Shown here: positions 36,001-62,650 of the stretch, piece after piece
Layout: every line of letters starts with the position of its first letter
Numbering within the stretch: the first letter of the stretch is position 1
DNA from: Anolis carolinensis
Lineage: Eukaryota
Assembly: GCF_035594765.1 (NCBI RefSeq)
Contig: NC_085844.1
Span: 188,310,107 to 188,374,106, forward strand
DNA: 64,000 bases
Direction of reading: 5' to 3'
Notes under the pieces: generated by a model
The model's input: only the letters and a program-made list of their open reading frames with translations
What the model was told of the DNA's origin: nothing
Database searches by the model: none
Program-made: the position numbers and the translations under genes

Positions 36001-37968
36001 TGAGAGAATTGCATTTGCATACCTCCATATAATATCGAACTGGTCACTGACTGTAATAAAGTGAACCTGAACTTGAATATAATGACGTATCTTGCAGATG
36101 ACATTCGAGTCTAAACATGCAATTCATTTACGCTCCATACACTTTTTATACACATAGCCTGAAAGTAATTTTATACACAATATTTTAAAATGTTGTGTAT
36201 ATACTAAATCAGTGGTTCTCAACCTAGGGTCCTCAGATGTTTTTGGCCTTCAACTCCCAAAAATCCTAACAGCTAGTAAAATAGCTGGGATTTCTGGGAG
36301 TTGTAGGCCAAAAACATCTGGGGGCCCCAGGTGGAGAACCTCTGTACTAAATCATCAGAAGGCAAAGGTATCACCACTTTATCTACCCAATTTAAGAGTA
36401 TCTTGGATTTCAGAATCCCTGATGAAGAATAACTTGTACTCAGATCTATTTGAAAGATTGGGGAATAGCTCCTGGTTCAGTGATCTGAAACAGATATTGG
36501 GGCTCCCCACTGTATCTCTACCTGCATGCGATGTAGGATAATTCCAAGACTGTGACATCCTGATCGCAACTATTATGAATGACTGAATGACTTGCTACCG
36601 ATACTTTTCTGAGCCCAATTCAAGGTGCAAGTTATCACCTACAAAGCCCTAAACGGTTCGGGACTTGCTTATCTCCGTGATCGCCTCCTCCCCTATGAAC
36701 CCACACGGGCCCTAAGATCTTCCGGAGAGGCCCTTCTCTCACCCCCACCTCTGTCTCAAGCACGGTTGGTGGGGACGAGAGAGAGGGCCTTCTCGGTAGT
36801 GGCTCCCTGACTCTGGAACTCGCTCCCCAGGGAGATTAGACTGGCTCCTTCGTTGCCCACCTTCCGCCGGAGTCTAAAAATATGGATGTTTCAGTGCGCT
36901 TTTGAGTGAAGGGGCCACCAGCCACGTATCTTGTTTTCAAACTGTGCCGCACTTTAATATTGCCCCCCATTTTATAGGTTTTAGTGTTTCAACACAATTG
37001 GTTCCTTGTCCTCCCCCACCCGTCTCTCTTTTACTCATGGACTTTACTCAGAGTTTTGCACGAATCACTCTCTGTACATAGCAACTGATGTTTTCGTTTT
37101 AATAATGGTCATGTTATGTTGTTGTATAACTATGTTATTACAGTATATTGTGTTTTAAATTTATGGACTGTTTTCTTATGTAAGCCGCCCCGAGTCCCTT
37201 CGGGGAGATGGAGGCAGGGTATAAGAATAAAGTTATTATTATTATTACTACTACTATTATTATATGGGTCTCAGAGACATCACATGGCCCACAGGCACTT
37301 CTTACTGCATTCACCTGAATGCACAATTAAACAGGAAATAACACATTTAAACCAGAAACAGAAAACATGTCACATAGTGGTATCAAACGTGTCATTTCCT
37401 TCCTCTGAAGAAAGTACAGTACCTGGTACTCTTTGGCAGCCTCCCACCCAAGTACGAACCAGGGCTGCCCCTGCTTGGCTTCCCAGATGAGCCAGCATCT
37501 GGTACCATTTAGGCCAGGCATAGGCAAACTTGGGCCCACCTTCCAGGTGTTTTCGACTTCAACTCCCACCATTCCTAACAGCCTCAGTCCTTTTCCTCAG
37601 TTTAAGCAGGTGAGGGGGGAAAAGGAAGGGGCCTGAGGCTGTTAAGAATGGTGGGAGTTGTCTAAAACATCTGGAAGGAGGGCTTAAGTTTGCCCATGCC
37701 CATTTAGGCGTGCTCGCCACAGCTTCCGTTGGCTGACAATGGGCCTATGCCTAGAAAAGAATACACAAGGCCTGGCAGGTGAGGCGAGGCTCCTGGCCCC
37801 CTCCCCTCCCGGCCGACCGACCTCCGAGTCCTTCCGCTGGTTGCGGTTGGGTTCCCGACCCTTTCCTCCGGGCCCCGTCGGCGGTGTGGCCAGCCCCAGC
37901 GCCCCGCTCCGTTGTTTGTTATTGACAATGAGCAAGCCGCCCGGACCTCCGCCACCGCCCGGCTCCAT
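12014..37968 (-). CDS. STRIP1: Striatin-interacting protein 1 (FAM40A, STRIPAK subunit), 21 coding exons, 826 aa
   Basis: Exons, all GT-AG: 37822-37968, 33345-33414, 32805-32879, 31786-31920, 30403-30523, 29074-29142, 28295-28401, 26123-26250, 25103-25285, 24283-24500, 22830-22895, 22431-22494, 22167-22238, 21162-21236, 20788-20885, 14145-14271, 13929-14029, 13350-13416, 13073-13177, 12731-12935, 12014-12261. They sum to 2481 nt in frame. Peptides [40 protein letters not shown] and [17 protein letters not shown]...WEELLQ match vertebrate STRIP1. Confidence 0.97.
14462..15381 (-). repeat. 3' LTR (920 bp)
   Basis: Minus strand TGTTATGATTGAG...GTCCTTGACA. AATAAA at 14501-14506. Preceded by the PPT. 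Confidence 0.97.
14964..16760 (-). CDS. Pol C-terminal part: integrase (HHCC, DDE, GPF motif) fused in frame to an LTR-encoded acidic tail
   Basis: [11 protein letters not shown]...[49 protein letters not shown]. The frame continues through the PPT and U3 to SDEDL* at 14964. Confidence 0.93.
   Translation of the reverse strand, partial: DDALSRKPEFKTNEQVVCQTILPTASLCVVDNELGLHDQILEAQRDDVWTQEQLMLLSAGNRTILPHLQDQDGVLVRRGQVYVPVGALRLEVIRAHHDEPMAGHFGRFKTVQLITRSYWWPKMRQDILRFCDSCAVCQQSKTPVGRPRGLLSSLPVSERPWQIISMDFISDLPKSGGYTCIWVVVDLFSKLAHFIPCSTIPAAPTLALLFTKHIYRLHGAPEVIISDRAPQFVSRFWKHFHECLGTKLNVSSAFHPQTDGQSERVNGLLEQYLRCFCLDQPTAWVKWLPVAEFAYNNAVHTSSQHTPFELTYGFHPRGGVAPSTNVVSSDPVYRSSEMAALHDVARRLLLEAKATQKTQADCHRQAGEELEEGDLVWLSSKHIKQAGGKFAPRYLGPFPIVKKISSVAFRLRLPSSLKVHPVFHRSLLKLDTSSRRGAIAEGITATSPPSGEEAFVRGDSVMIEPHGSVTDRRGRKTPRESDTLEERERKRLRDIFAAPSDEESFEGFTERMEEGLVSSEEDEMDWARVREELGATGHDGIEDEWGPSGLDPWLSWRDGTGSTAGDAVGRSQRCSSSDEESDEETPGLRRTADSDEDL
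15382..15400 (-). other. Polypurine tract (GAGAGGGGATAG) abutting the 3' LTR
   Basis: The + strand reads CTATCCCCTCTC immediately after the LTR end at 15381. Confidence 0.85.
16712..18586 (-). CDS. Pol N-terminal part: aspartic protease, reverse transcriptase, RNase H; apparent 1-bp deletion near 16760
   Basis: ALLDSGAT (PR), [17 protein letters not shown] and YLDDILI (RT), [13 protein letters not shown] and EKELLAI (RH). The expected ADALSR motif is split across frames (TTG CGG AC GAT GCT TTA TCC CGC). Confidence 0.95.
   Translation of the reverse strand, partial: GKRPALVRRESNALGLLKQSTEGRKHVFVPITLSVGGRELVSTLALLDSGATVSYVDIEFAKKHGIPRVRKACDVWVEGADGRLLETGVVNHETSAVMWEVQGVTGTFVWDITSLPRYDVILGMDWLAVVNPQVDWSTRKVTLKRQDCCTLNVTQSDMEGVPAEYGEFSDVFCKREADKLPPHRPYDCAIKLAEGAKLPAGRLYALTVPERQALREFLDENLAKGFIRPSSSPTAAPVFFVAKKTGELRLVCDYRILNKYTIRDRYPLPLISELLSRVQGAKVFTKLDLRGAYNLIRIREGDEWKTAFNTCFGCHEFRVMPFGLCNAPAVFQRFMNDVFRDLIDQFLVIYLDDILIFSKDEKEHRQHVKQVLHRLRANGLFAKASKCVFHVPEVEFLGHVVSGRELKMDPHKVDAVNSWQELKTKKDVQRFLGFANYYREFIPNFAKLTVPLTQLLRKKQPFVWGREAHDAFLQLKSSFQSDNILTHPDVDKPFVVEADASSYALGAVLSQKDSSGTLRPCGFYSRQLTPFEQNYTIWEKELLAIKVAFEVWRHWLEGARHQIVVRSDHKNLEHLQTAKKLNQRQIRWTLFFSRFNFKVQFVEGKANLRTMLYPASRSLRPMSR
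18540..18586 (-). other. Programmed -1 ribosomal frameshift signal (G GGA AAA plus 12-bp stem-loop)
   Basis: Slippery heptamer at 18586-18580 is in the gag frame. Stem AGCCCTAGTGCG / CGCACTAGGGCT (18575-18564 / 18551-18540). The -1 frame reads [11 protein letters not shown] directly into the pol ORF. Confidence 0.85.
18568..19368 (-). CDS. Gag (266 aa; PEG10/RTL-like capsid plus CCHC zinc knuckle)
   Basis: [43 protein letters not shown]...DY...[20 protein letters not shown]. Confidence 0.95.
   Translation of the reverse strand: MEELRAKFDQLQTAFTVSQAAHAVKGHVLTPERFDGTRCKLPTFLAQVELYFSQLSAHAFPTDTSKVAFILSLLTGPAGQWATNLILGNDPVKDNLNNFKKLLTDTFGDPLRTENAGWALYRLKQGKGTVLDYLNKFNLYRHQLDWGENAFMLLFTAGLSDMLQDELARLEPAENWDALVAKVLRLDARFEARKHSKAMCAPPMHITRAPVVMGEEPMELGVFKKLSTEEKSRRRQLGLCLYCGNAGHFAKNCNVKPSQLSGKGQP
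19410..19420 (-). other. Primer-binding site of self-priming (Tf1/sushi) type
   Basis: TTGCCCAACGC lies 2 nt after the 5' LTR and has no TGG tRNA-type start. It is perfectly complementary to GCGTTGGGCAA inside the LTR (19888-19878), which lies ~25 nt downstream of a CATAAAA box. Confidence 0.8.
19423..20342 (-). repeat. 5' LTR (920 bp)
   Basis: Matches 14462-15381 except for two substitutions found by eye (~19792 and ~20143). Confidence 0.97.
19925..20338 (-). CDS. LTR U3-encoded acidic ORF (137 aa from the ATG at LTR nt 5), 5' LTR copy
   Basis: [19 protein letters not shown]...[17 protein letters not shown]...WRD...SDEDL*. Homologous peptide in the solo LTR at 57033-57501. This copy lies upstream of the inferred TSS, so expression is doubtful. 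Confidence 0.5.
   Translation of the reverse strand: MIEPHGSVTDRRGRKTPRESDTLEERERKRLRDIFAAPSDEESFEGFTERMEEGLVSSEEDEMDWTRVREELGATGHDGIEDEWGPSGLDPWLSWRDGTGSTAGDAVGRSQRCSSSDEESDEETPGLRRTADSDEDL
24116..24250. mobile_element. hAT-type MITE
   Basis: TIRs CAGTGGTTCTCAAC / GTTGAGAACTACTG and 8-bp TSD TTCTAAAA. Confidence 0.85.
24510..24618 (+). mobile_element. CR1 LINE 3' end fragment
   Basis: GGGGTTGGACTGGATGGCCC...TCTTCCAACTCT followed by an (ATTCTATG)n-type tail. Confidence 0.7.
26988..27987. mobile_element. Non-autonomous hAT element with a nested Tc1/mariner MITE (27418-27740)
   Basis: TIRs CAGGGGTCCCCAAACT / AGTTTGGGGACCCCTG and 8-bp TSD GTCTACAT. The inner MITE has CAGTAGAGTCTCACTTATCCAA TIRs and TA flanks. 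Confidence 0.9.
36210..36344. mobile_element. hAT-type MITE (same family as 24116-24250)
   Basis: CAGTGGTTCTC...GAGAACCTCTG with 8-bp TSD TACTAAAT. Confidence 0.85.
36595..37262 (+). mobile_element. L2-like LINE 3' fragment with (TAT/TAC)n tail
   Basis: Encodes [35 protein letters not shown]...RAFSVVAP, typical of the L2 ORF2 C-terminus. 3' UTR ends GTAAGCCGCCCCGAGTCCC...AATAAAGTTATTATT. Confidence 0.75.
37515..37701. mobile_element. hAT-type MITE in STRIP1 intron 1
   Basis: CAGGCATAGGCAAACTT / AAGTTTGCCCATGCC termini and 8-bp flanking repeat ATTTAGGC. Confidence 0.7.
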
Positions 37969-38200
37969 CACGACGACGCCGCCGCCAACGCCGGCAGCTC
38001 TCGCGAGACTTGGCAGGGCCTCAATCTTTCCGGAAACGCCGCCACCTTGAGAGTGGCGGATAGACTTAGTGACGGCAGCTCCCCGCGTAGGAGCCATGTT
38101 TCGAGTGGCAAGGCTATAAAGCTACATAGCACGGTGTTGTTAAAGCGAGCGCAGAGTCCAAAGGTTTCTCGCCAGCAGCCATTTTGCATGCCTTGAGGGA
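37700..38200 (-). promoter_or_regulatory. CpG-island promoter / exon 1 region of STRIP1 with a TCTCGCGAGA (BANP/ZBTB33-type) palindrome at 37999-38008
   Basis: The only strongly CpG-rich host segment in the window. It surrounds the start codon, and the perfect TCTCGCGAGA lies ~30 nt upstream of the ATG. Confidence 0.8.
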
Positions 38201-38293
38201 AGGCAAGCAATTGCCCCGATTACAAAGAATTCGGTTTGAGTGGGTTGCTGTGAGTGTTCCGGGCTGTATGGCCATGTTCCAGAAGCATTCCCT

Positions 38294-38334
38294 CCTGACG
38301 TTTCGTCCACATCTATGGCAGGCATCCTCAGGGG
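38294..38334 (-). ncRNA. Minimal type I hammerhead ribozyme motif (Penelope-associated)
   Basis: CCC-CUGAGGA-UGCCUGCCAUAGAUGUGGAC-GAAAC-GUC-AGG on the minus strand. Catalytic core intact; stems I and II each have one mismatch. Confidence 0.6.
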
Positions 38335-39220
38335 TTGTGAGGTATATTGGAAACTAGGCAAGTGGGTTAATATATCTGTGGAATGTCCAAGGTGGGAGAA
38401 AGAACTCGTCTGTTGGAGGCCAATTAATCACCCTGATTAGAATTGAAAAGCCTTACAGCTTCGAGGCCTGGCTGATTCCTGTCTGGGGGAGTCCTATGTC
38501 AGACTACACAGAGAAGCCACTGAAATCCACAAGCATGTGGACAATTTCAACAGAAAGGAGGAATGCATGAAAATGAACAAAATCTGGCTAAAAGTATTTT
38601 TAAAACTCTTAAAATCAGGACAGTCAATAAAGAACAACACTCTGAAAACACAGAAATTCAAGACAGGAAACAATCAGGGCTAACTAACACCTCCCAACAA
38701 AGGATCCCCCCAGGCAGTAAGCAGCCAGGCTTTGAAGCTGCAAGGCCATTCAATGCTAATCAAGATGGCCAATTGCAACGTTCACACATTCCTCAAACTG
38801 ACGAGTTCTTTCACCTGGACTCCACCCGCTTGCCTAGTTTCCAACAGCCCTCACAATCTCAGAAGATGCCTGCCATAGATGTGGGCGACTATCATGTCAG
38901 ACTACACAGAGAAGCCATTGAAATCCACAAGCATGTGGACAACTTCAACAGAAAGGAAGAAACCATGAAAATGAACAAAATCTGGCTACCAGTATTACAA
39001 AACTCCAAAATCAAATCAGTAGATGGGAACCAACACAATAACGACTTGACTGAACAAAGGATGCCCCCAGGCAAGGGACAAAACATTTCCAATGCCAATT
39101 AGGGTGATTAACTGAAACATTAATGCTGGCTCCCAGTGACAAAGAACTCTTGCCACACCTTGGACTATACACAGATATATATTCTTTCTTTTCCTTACTT
39201 AATTTATCCATACCTCACAA

Positions 39221-39261
39221 CCTCTGAGGATGCCTGCCATTGATGTGGGCGAAACGTCAGG
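39221..39261 (+). ncRNA. Minimal type I hammerhead ribozyme motif (Penelope-associated)
   Basis: CCU-CUGAGGA-U-GCCUGC(CAUUGAU)GUGGGC-GAA-ACGU-C^AGG: conserved core, stem II, palindromic ACGU stem III, stem I CCU/AGG. Confidence 0.75.
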
Positions 39262-42200
39262 AGAGAATACTTCTGGAACATGGCCACACAGCCCGAAAGA
39301 CATACAACAACCCAGGAGAGAATAGGTTGTTGTATGTTTTCCGGGCTGTATGGCCATGTTCTAGAAGTATTCTCTCAGAGGTTGTGAGGTATGGAGAAAC
39401 TAAGCAAGGAAGGTTTATATATCTGTGGAAAGTCCAGGGTGAGAGAAGAACTCTTTGTTAGTTGCAGTGTGAATGTTGTAGTTAATCACCTTAATTAGCA
39501 TTGAATCGCTTCATCTCCTGGCTTCTTCCTTCCTGGGGGCATCCTTCATTCAGAGTTGTTAGCTGCCCCTGGATTCCCATGTCTGAAACTCCGCTGTTTT
39601 CAGAGTGTTGCTTCTTATTTACAGTTTTGATTTTTGTGTTTTTTTAACACTGGTAGCCAGATTTTGTTCATTTTCATGGTTCCCTCTTTTCTGTTGAAGT
39701 TGTCCACATGCTTGTGGATTTCAATGGCTTCTCTGTGTAGTCTGACATGATAGTTGTTGGAGTAGTCGAGCATTTCTGTGTTCTCAAATAATATACTGTG
39801 TCCAGGTTGGTTCATCAAGTGCTCTGCTATGGCTGATTTCTCAGGTTGAGTTAGTCTGCAGTGCCTTTCATATTCTTTGACTCGTATTTGGGCGCTGCGT
39901 TTGGTAGTCCCTATGTAGACTTGTCCACAGCTGCATGGTAAACGGTAGACTCCTGCAGAGGTGAGAGGATCCCTCATTCTTCGCTGACCGTAGCATTTGT
40001 TGGATTTTCTTTGTGGGTCTGTAGATTGTTTGTAGGTTGTGCTCCTTCATCAGTTTGCCTATGCGGTCAGTGGTTCCCTTGATGTATGGTAAGAACACTT
40101 TTCCTCTGGGTGGATCTTTGTCTTTACTCTCCTGGCTTGCTCTTGGCCTTACAGCTCTTCTGATGTCCATGGTGGAGTATCCATTGGCCTGTAGAGCCCA
40201 GTTTAGGTGGTTTAGTTCACCTTGGAGGAGGTGAGGTTTGCAGATTCTTTGTGCACGGTCAGGAGAGAATGCTTTTGGAACGTGGCTATCCTGCTTGGAA
40301 AACTCACAGCAACCCAGTGATTCTGGCCATGAAAGCTTTCGACGACACAATTCAGTTTGACATCCCTTGCCATGGCTCAAAGCTTGGGTAGTTTTACAAG
40401 GTCTTTAGCCTTCTGTGCCAGAGAGTGCTGGAACCTCACCAAACTGCAAATTCCAGGATTCCATAAGTACTGTGTCAAACCGCATTCATTTTACATTGTA
40501 GATCTGGCATCCTCAAACTGCAGCCCTGCAGCTGCATGGACCTCCAAATCCCAGAATGCCTGACCATTGAACAAGCTGGCTAGGGCTTCTGGGATATGGA
40601 GGCCCAAACAGCCTGGTGTAGCTGCACCTTTGGAGTCAGGGTTGGATTCCCTCCTCTACCATATATATTCACTGGGTGATCTTGGGCAAATCACATTCTC
40701 TCAGCCTCTGAGGGCCCTTCCTGCCAGGCCCTACATCTCAAGATCTGATCCCAGATTTTCTGCTTTTACCTGGATTATGCGTTCCCACTGCCAGATAATC
40801 TGGGATAAACAGAAAACCTGGGATCAGATCCTGGGATATAGGGCCTGTCTGGAAGGGCCAACATCTTCTGAACAAATCTTGCTTTAAAAACACACCCAAT
40901 AAGAAACCTTAGGATTGTGTTGGTTAGAAACAACCTGAAGGTACCCAACAACTTATTTAACTGTTGACATTTCTCCCCCTTATGTCCTTATGCGTGTGGA
41001 AAAGTGAGAGGGCAGCAAGAGAAAAAAATTACAGGGTTGGACCCAGATACAGAAATCAACTCATTATGATCAGTTGGGTTGGAAATTTTACCTCTTCAAA
41101 CCAAGATGATTGACCTCGGTTCAAATGTCAGTTAACTTTAGAATAATGGAACAGTACCGCTATTTATTATGAGACTCCTGAAAAGTCCACAAATTGAGGT
41201 TCCACCAGTATACGTATATCTGATCTGATGCTCTTTTCCTGCATCCTCTTTGACAGATCATGGCAGGGTTCATTGACTTATTTGATCTCTACATTTTTTG
41301 GAGGGTTTCTGTTCATGGCTTCTTTCCATTCTTATGCTAAATCCCAAATTTAGCTAGCTCTTACATCCTATTCTGCATCTCAAGTCCAGTAATATCTATT
41401 CCACAGCCCAATAAAAAATACCTTGGCATCTTGGCTTTTAAGGCTATTGCTGTGGTTATTTGGGGTACTGATTTAGAAAATTGCATTGGATAGTTTCTTA
41501 GATACAGTTATGATTTTCAGTGGGAGAGCAGATAGCGACTGGTAGGTGCCATATGTTCTTTATCTCAAAAACTAGAGCTGAAGGGGGAAAACTGGTGCTA
41601 TTTTTGAAACTGGCAGGTCAAACATACCCAGAAACATGGCTAACATTTAAGGCACTAAAAGGTGTGTTGGCCAGTATCCTCCAATACTCTTGACATCTTT
41701 ACTGGCTCTTATTCTGTTTCTAAGACTGAACAGAAGTGACTCCAAGCTGCTTATGAGCTTGATGCTTGAAGGACTGTCTTCCTGGTTATACCCACCTGGA
41801 TCCTACATGTAGAGGTTTTTGTTCAGATAACTCCACAAGATGAGAAAACTGAGTGCTTTTTAGTAGTGTCCTAGTTACATAATGCCCTCTTAATGCAATA
41901 CTTTTGACACCCAATTCAACTGCTCTTTCGGTACCAGCGAGAGAGCTTTTAAATCTTGGTGCATTATCTTTTACCTTTCTTTCACTCTTTGTATTCTCTG
42001 CACTTGATCATTGTCCATCAATTTTCAGGCTGCATTGTAATTTCCGTAACATGCATTTTACTATTGTTGATTTTATCCCGTGTATTTAATCCTTTAAGTC
42101 ACCCTGAGAGCTTCCTATTACAGGGCAACCTTTTAAACGGATAAATGAAAATGGAAGTCCCTTTAATGTTTCAAATGAAAGATTAGCAAAAGCAGGCTCA

Positions 42201-42798
42201 CTTTCAGCTGAGGAAGCATGACTTGTGCATGACCCCATTGCATTTTCATTTAGGAAAGCTAAGTCTAAACACAATTTTGCATCCTATATTGTAAAATCCC
42301 CTATTAAGGATCCCATACATATTTAAGAGTATTGAAGCAATGTCCTGTCAATTACTTCCTCAGTTCAATATTAATAATGTAACTTGTTTTATTCAGTTTT
42401 AATTAGCTAGTAACATGCCTTGTAGTAAAAAGATAACTGTAATTGAAATTCCCCTTTTAAAACGTCAATTAGCAATGATGGTGGAAGAATGAATCCAGGG
42501 CTTTTCATAAGTTCTTTATGGTTAATATCCATTTTTTCTCAATCTCAAAAATATTTTCCTTCTTGGAAAAGCAAATCAGTATTATGCTGATCAATATGCC
42601 GGGTATCAATCAGTGTACTCAATTTATATATACCTTTTTACACTGTACATGCCTCTCCAAGAGAACAGTATAAAAACCAATATCTAACACTGAAACTGGC
42701 AGGGAGCTAGTCTGTTCTCCAGTTCCTTTGAAACTACTACTTCTAGCTATTCATCCAGAAGGGGAAAGAAATCAAAGCAAAGGTAATTTTCTAACCAT

Positions 42799-42827
42799 TT
42801 TATTTAGACTTTGCGTAATGATTTATT
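42799..42827 (-). terminator. Probable polyadenylation signals of AHCYL1 (two AATAAA on the minus strand)
   Basis: TTTATT at 42799-42804 and 42822-42827, about 2.2 kb downstream of the stop codon after a largely repeat-free 3' UTR. Confidence 0.5.
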
Positions 42828-45059
42828 GCTCATCTGCAAGAATTAATATTGCATTCATTAAAAATCATTCATATACAAAATAAACCTATCCCCACCTGGG
42901 CTGATGCTATAACATGCTCCCTCCAATCAAACTGAGGTGTTGCCAGGCATGAGAGTTTATTCCATGGCTTATACAGAGATGGAGCCCTTAGCTAAGTTAT
43001 CTATTGACACTGCAACACAGAGGCAGACAAATGGAATGAAGGTGTCTTCTTGAGCGTCACAGAGGAGTCTTGTAGATTCGCTCGCATTGGCCAAGCCAAT
43101 TCTAGGATAAAAACGTGTAATAACGGAATTGAGAAACAAGAGGAGGACTGAGATACAAAAAGGAAAGAACTGAATCTATTAGGGCTGGCCAAATCTAAAA
43201 TCAGATTCTGGGGAATGGGATGGATACAAGTTGAAAAGGCCAAGGGAGATCCTGAATTCAAGTCTGTCAATAGCCAGCACCATTTTGCAAGGCCGGTTGA
43301 AACCAAACACCCACCTGGTACAAAAGATACTACAGGACGGTCATTTAGGGGCAGAGAGTAAGCATGGCGGTTGTGCTAAGCTCAGGCTCCTCATCACAGG
43401 TCATTTATTTTTCTCAGTGAAGGATAACAACCTACATCACAGAATAATGGGACAGATTTCATGAAGATGGAATAAGGAATGTCATATTCTGTATTTACAT
43501 CATGTCTTCTGCAAAGATTACATGAAAGGCAGAAAGTTCAAGGTTGGTCATGTATTCACGATGATTCACAGTAGTTTCTGGCTTGTTCTTACTTCCCCTC
43601 AAGACTTCAGCACAATACTGAGTTTGCAATACTCAGACCAAGGCAATATTTGCCTGAACTGTCATTTTTAACTTAACATTTCCCTCCCTCATCGATGCTG
43701 AAGCCTTCCCTCATTTTCATGGCACTAAAATATAAACTGGGCTGCACTGTAATCTCACAAGAGAGATAGTATGCAAATTTGACATGCCAGCCTAACAGAA
43801 CTGAGATCATTAAAACAACAGAGCACTTAAAACAGCAGTGCCAATGGGATGGGATTCCACCTTCAATTTTCATTTGCTACAAATGGAGCCTGAAGATGGA
43901 AGAGTTTTACATAAATAACTAATTCTTTATAGGATCAGAGAAGTTAAGCTACTATTATCATCCAAGCATCTCCTGTATTGTGCAAATAAAGGAATAAAGT
44001 ACAAGAGATTATTCAGCTCAAAATGTTGATCTGCTTCATAGTGGCCCCTAGGAATTCTGCAATACATTAACTGAAATTTTCTGTTTTAAAAATTCTCCAG
44101 ACTAGAATCAAAAGGAATTCTCATCAACTGCATTTTAAATAAGGTATTGGGCTGTCTTGATTGGAAGAAGAAGAGGAAGAAGAAAGCCTAAAATCCACAG
44201 AGTGATGAAGATAGTGGATAGGCAATATCCAGTTCAATTCATATTAGCACCCTAGCAACTCATAAGAGAAGATGAAATCTATCTAGCCTTATTTCAGTGT
44301 GGGAAATCATGAAGGCCTTAAAATGTTCTTGGACTAAACATTCCAGTAGTTCTAGCTAGAGGTGAGGAATGCTGGGAATTTTAGTGCAACAACATTTGGA
44401 GAGCTGCATGACTCAAACTCTGGCTTAGTGAAGCCAAGCATGCAGCAACATGTTTCATTAGAAAAAATGGATAATAAATAATATTTAAGATTGCCCCGCT
44501 GAAATCAGTAGGACTTTTCTGAATGCAATACTATTAAAATCAGGGTTTAGGCATTTGCTGCATATACACCTATAATTTAGCCACAAGGTATCAACTCTCT
44601 CTGCAGGAAAAGGAGCATTGATCTGGCAGCTAATGAACTGGGGCTCATTAAGGCAATTTAGAATTTGCAGATAATTCCACAGAAAAAAAATAGTATTCTT
44701 AATATTTTGCAGATCAATCAACTGCAACTAAGGTGCCCTGGAAAATATTAAATTAAAATTTAAAATCACCACAGGAAATGAAAGCCTCACATCACCAAAG
44801 GGAATCCACTCCGTTGTAGCAGAGCTAAGGAGCTGAAACCATAGTAAAGCAATGGTGATGCGGCTGGGAAATCCCAGGTTGTCTGCAAGGTCAGACAAAA
44901 AGACTGAGAAATATTAAAAGAATGAGAGCAGACAATAAAATCACATGAATAAAAGAAAAAAATACATTTTAGAACTAACACAAAATATGTTCTTTAAAAA
45001 TATTCTTGCTAAAGCTCTTGTGTAGATTATGTGATCTGGTCCTTCAGCATTATGGTCCA

Positions 45060-62650
<17,591 letters not shown>

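Larger units (their letters stand above)
38240..40350. mobile_element. Cluster of Penelope-like element fragments (RT C-terminus and GIY-YIG endonuclease, pseudo-LTRs in both orientations)
   Basis: ORF 39615-39977 has GVYRLPCSCGQVYIGTTKR...SAIAEH...REAIEI (GIY-YIG). ORF 39868-40380 has RAQRIC...LQANGY...LPYIKG. REAIEIHKH segments are repeated on the + strand. Confidence 0.92.

Noticed and set aside
38563-39102. 179-aa ORF upstream of STRIP1 as a novel gene
   Set aside because: A chimera of tandem Penelope 3' fragments (REAIEIHKHVDNFNRKEE).
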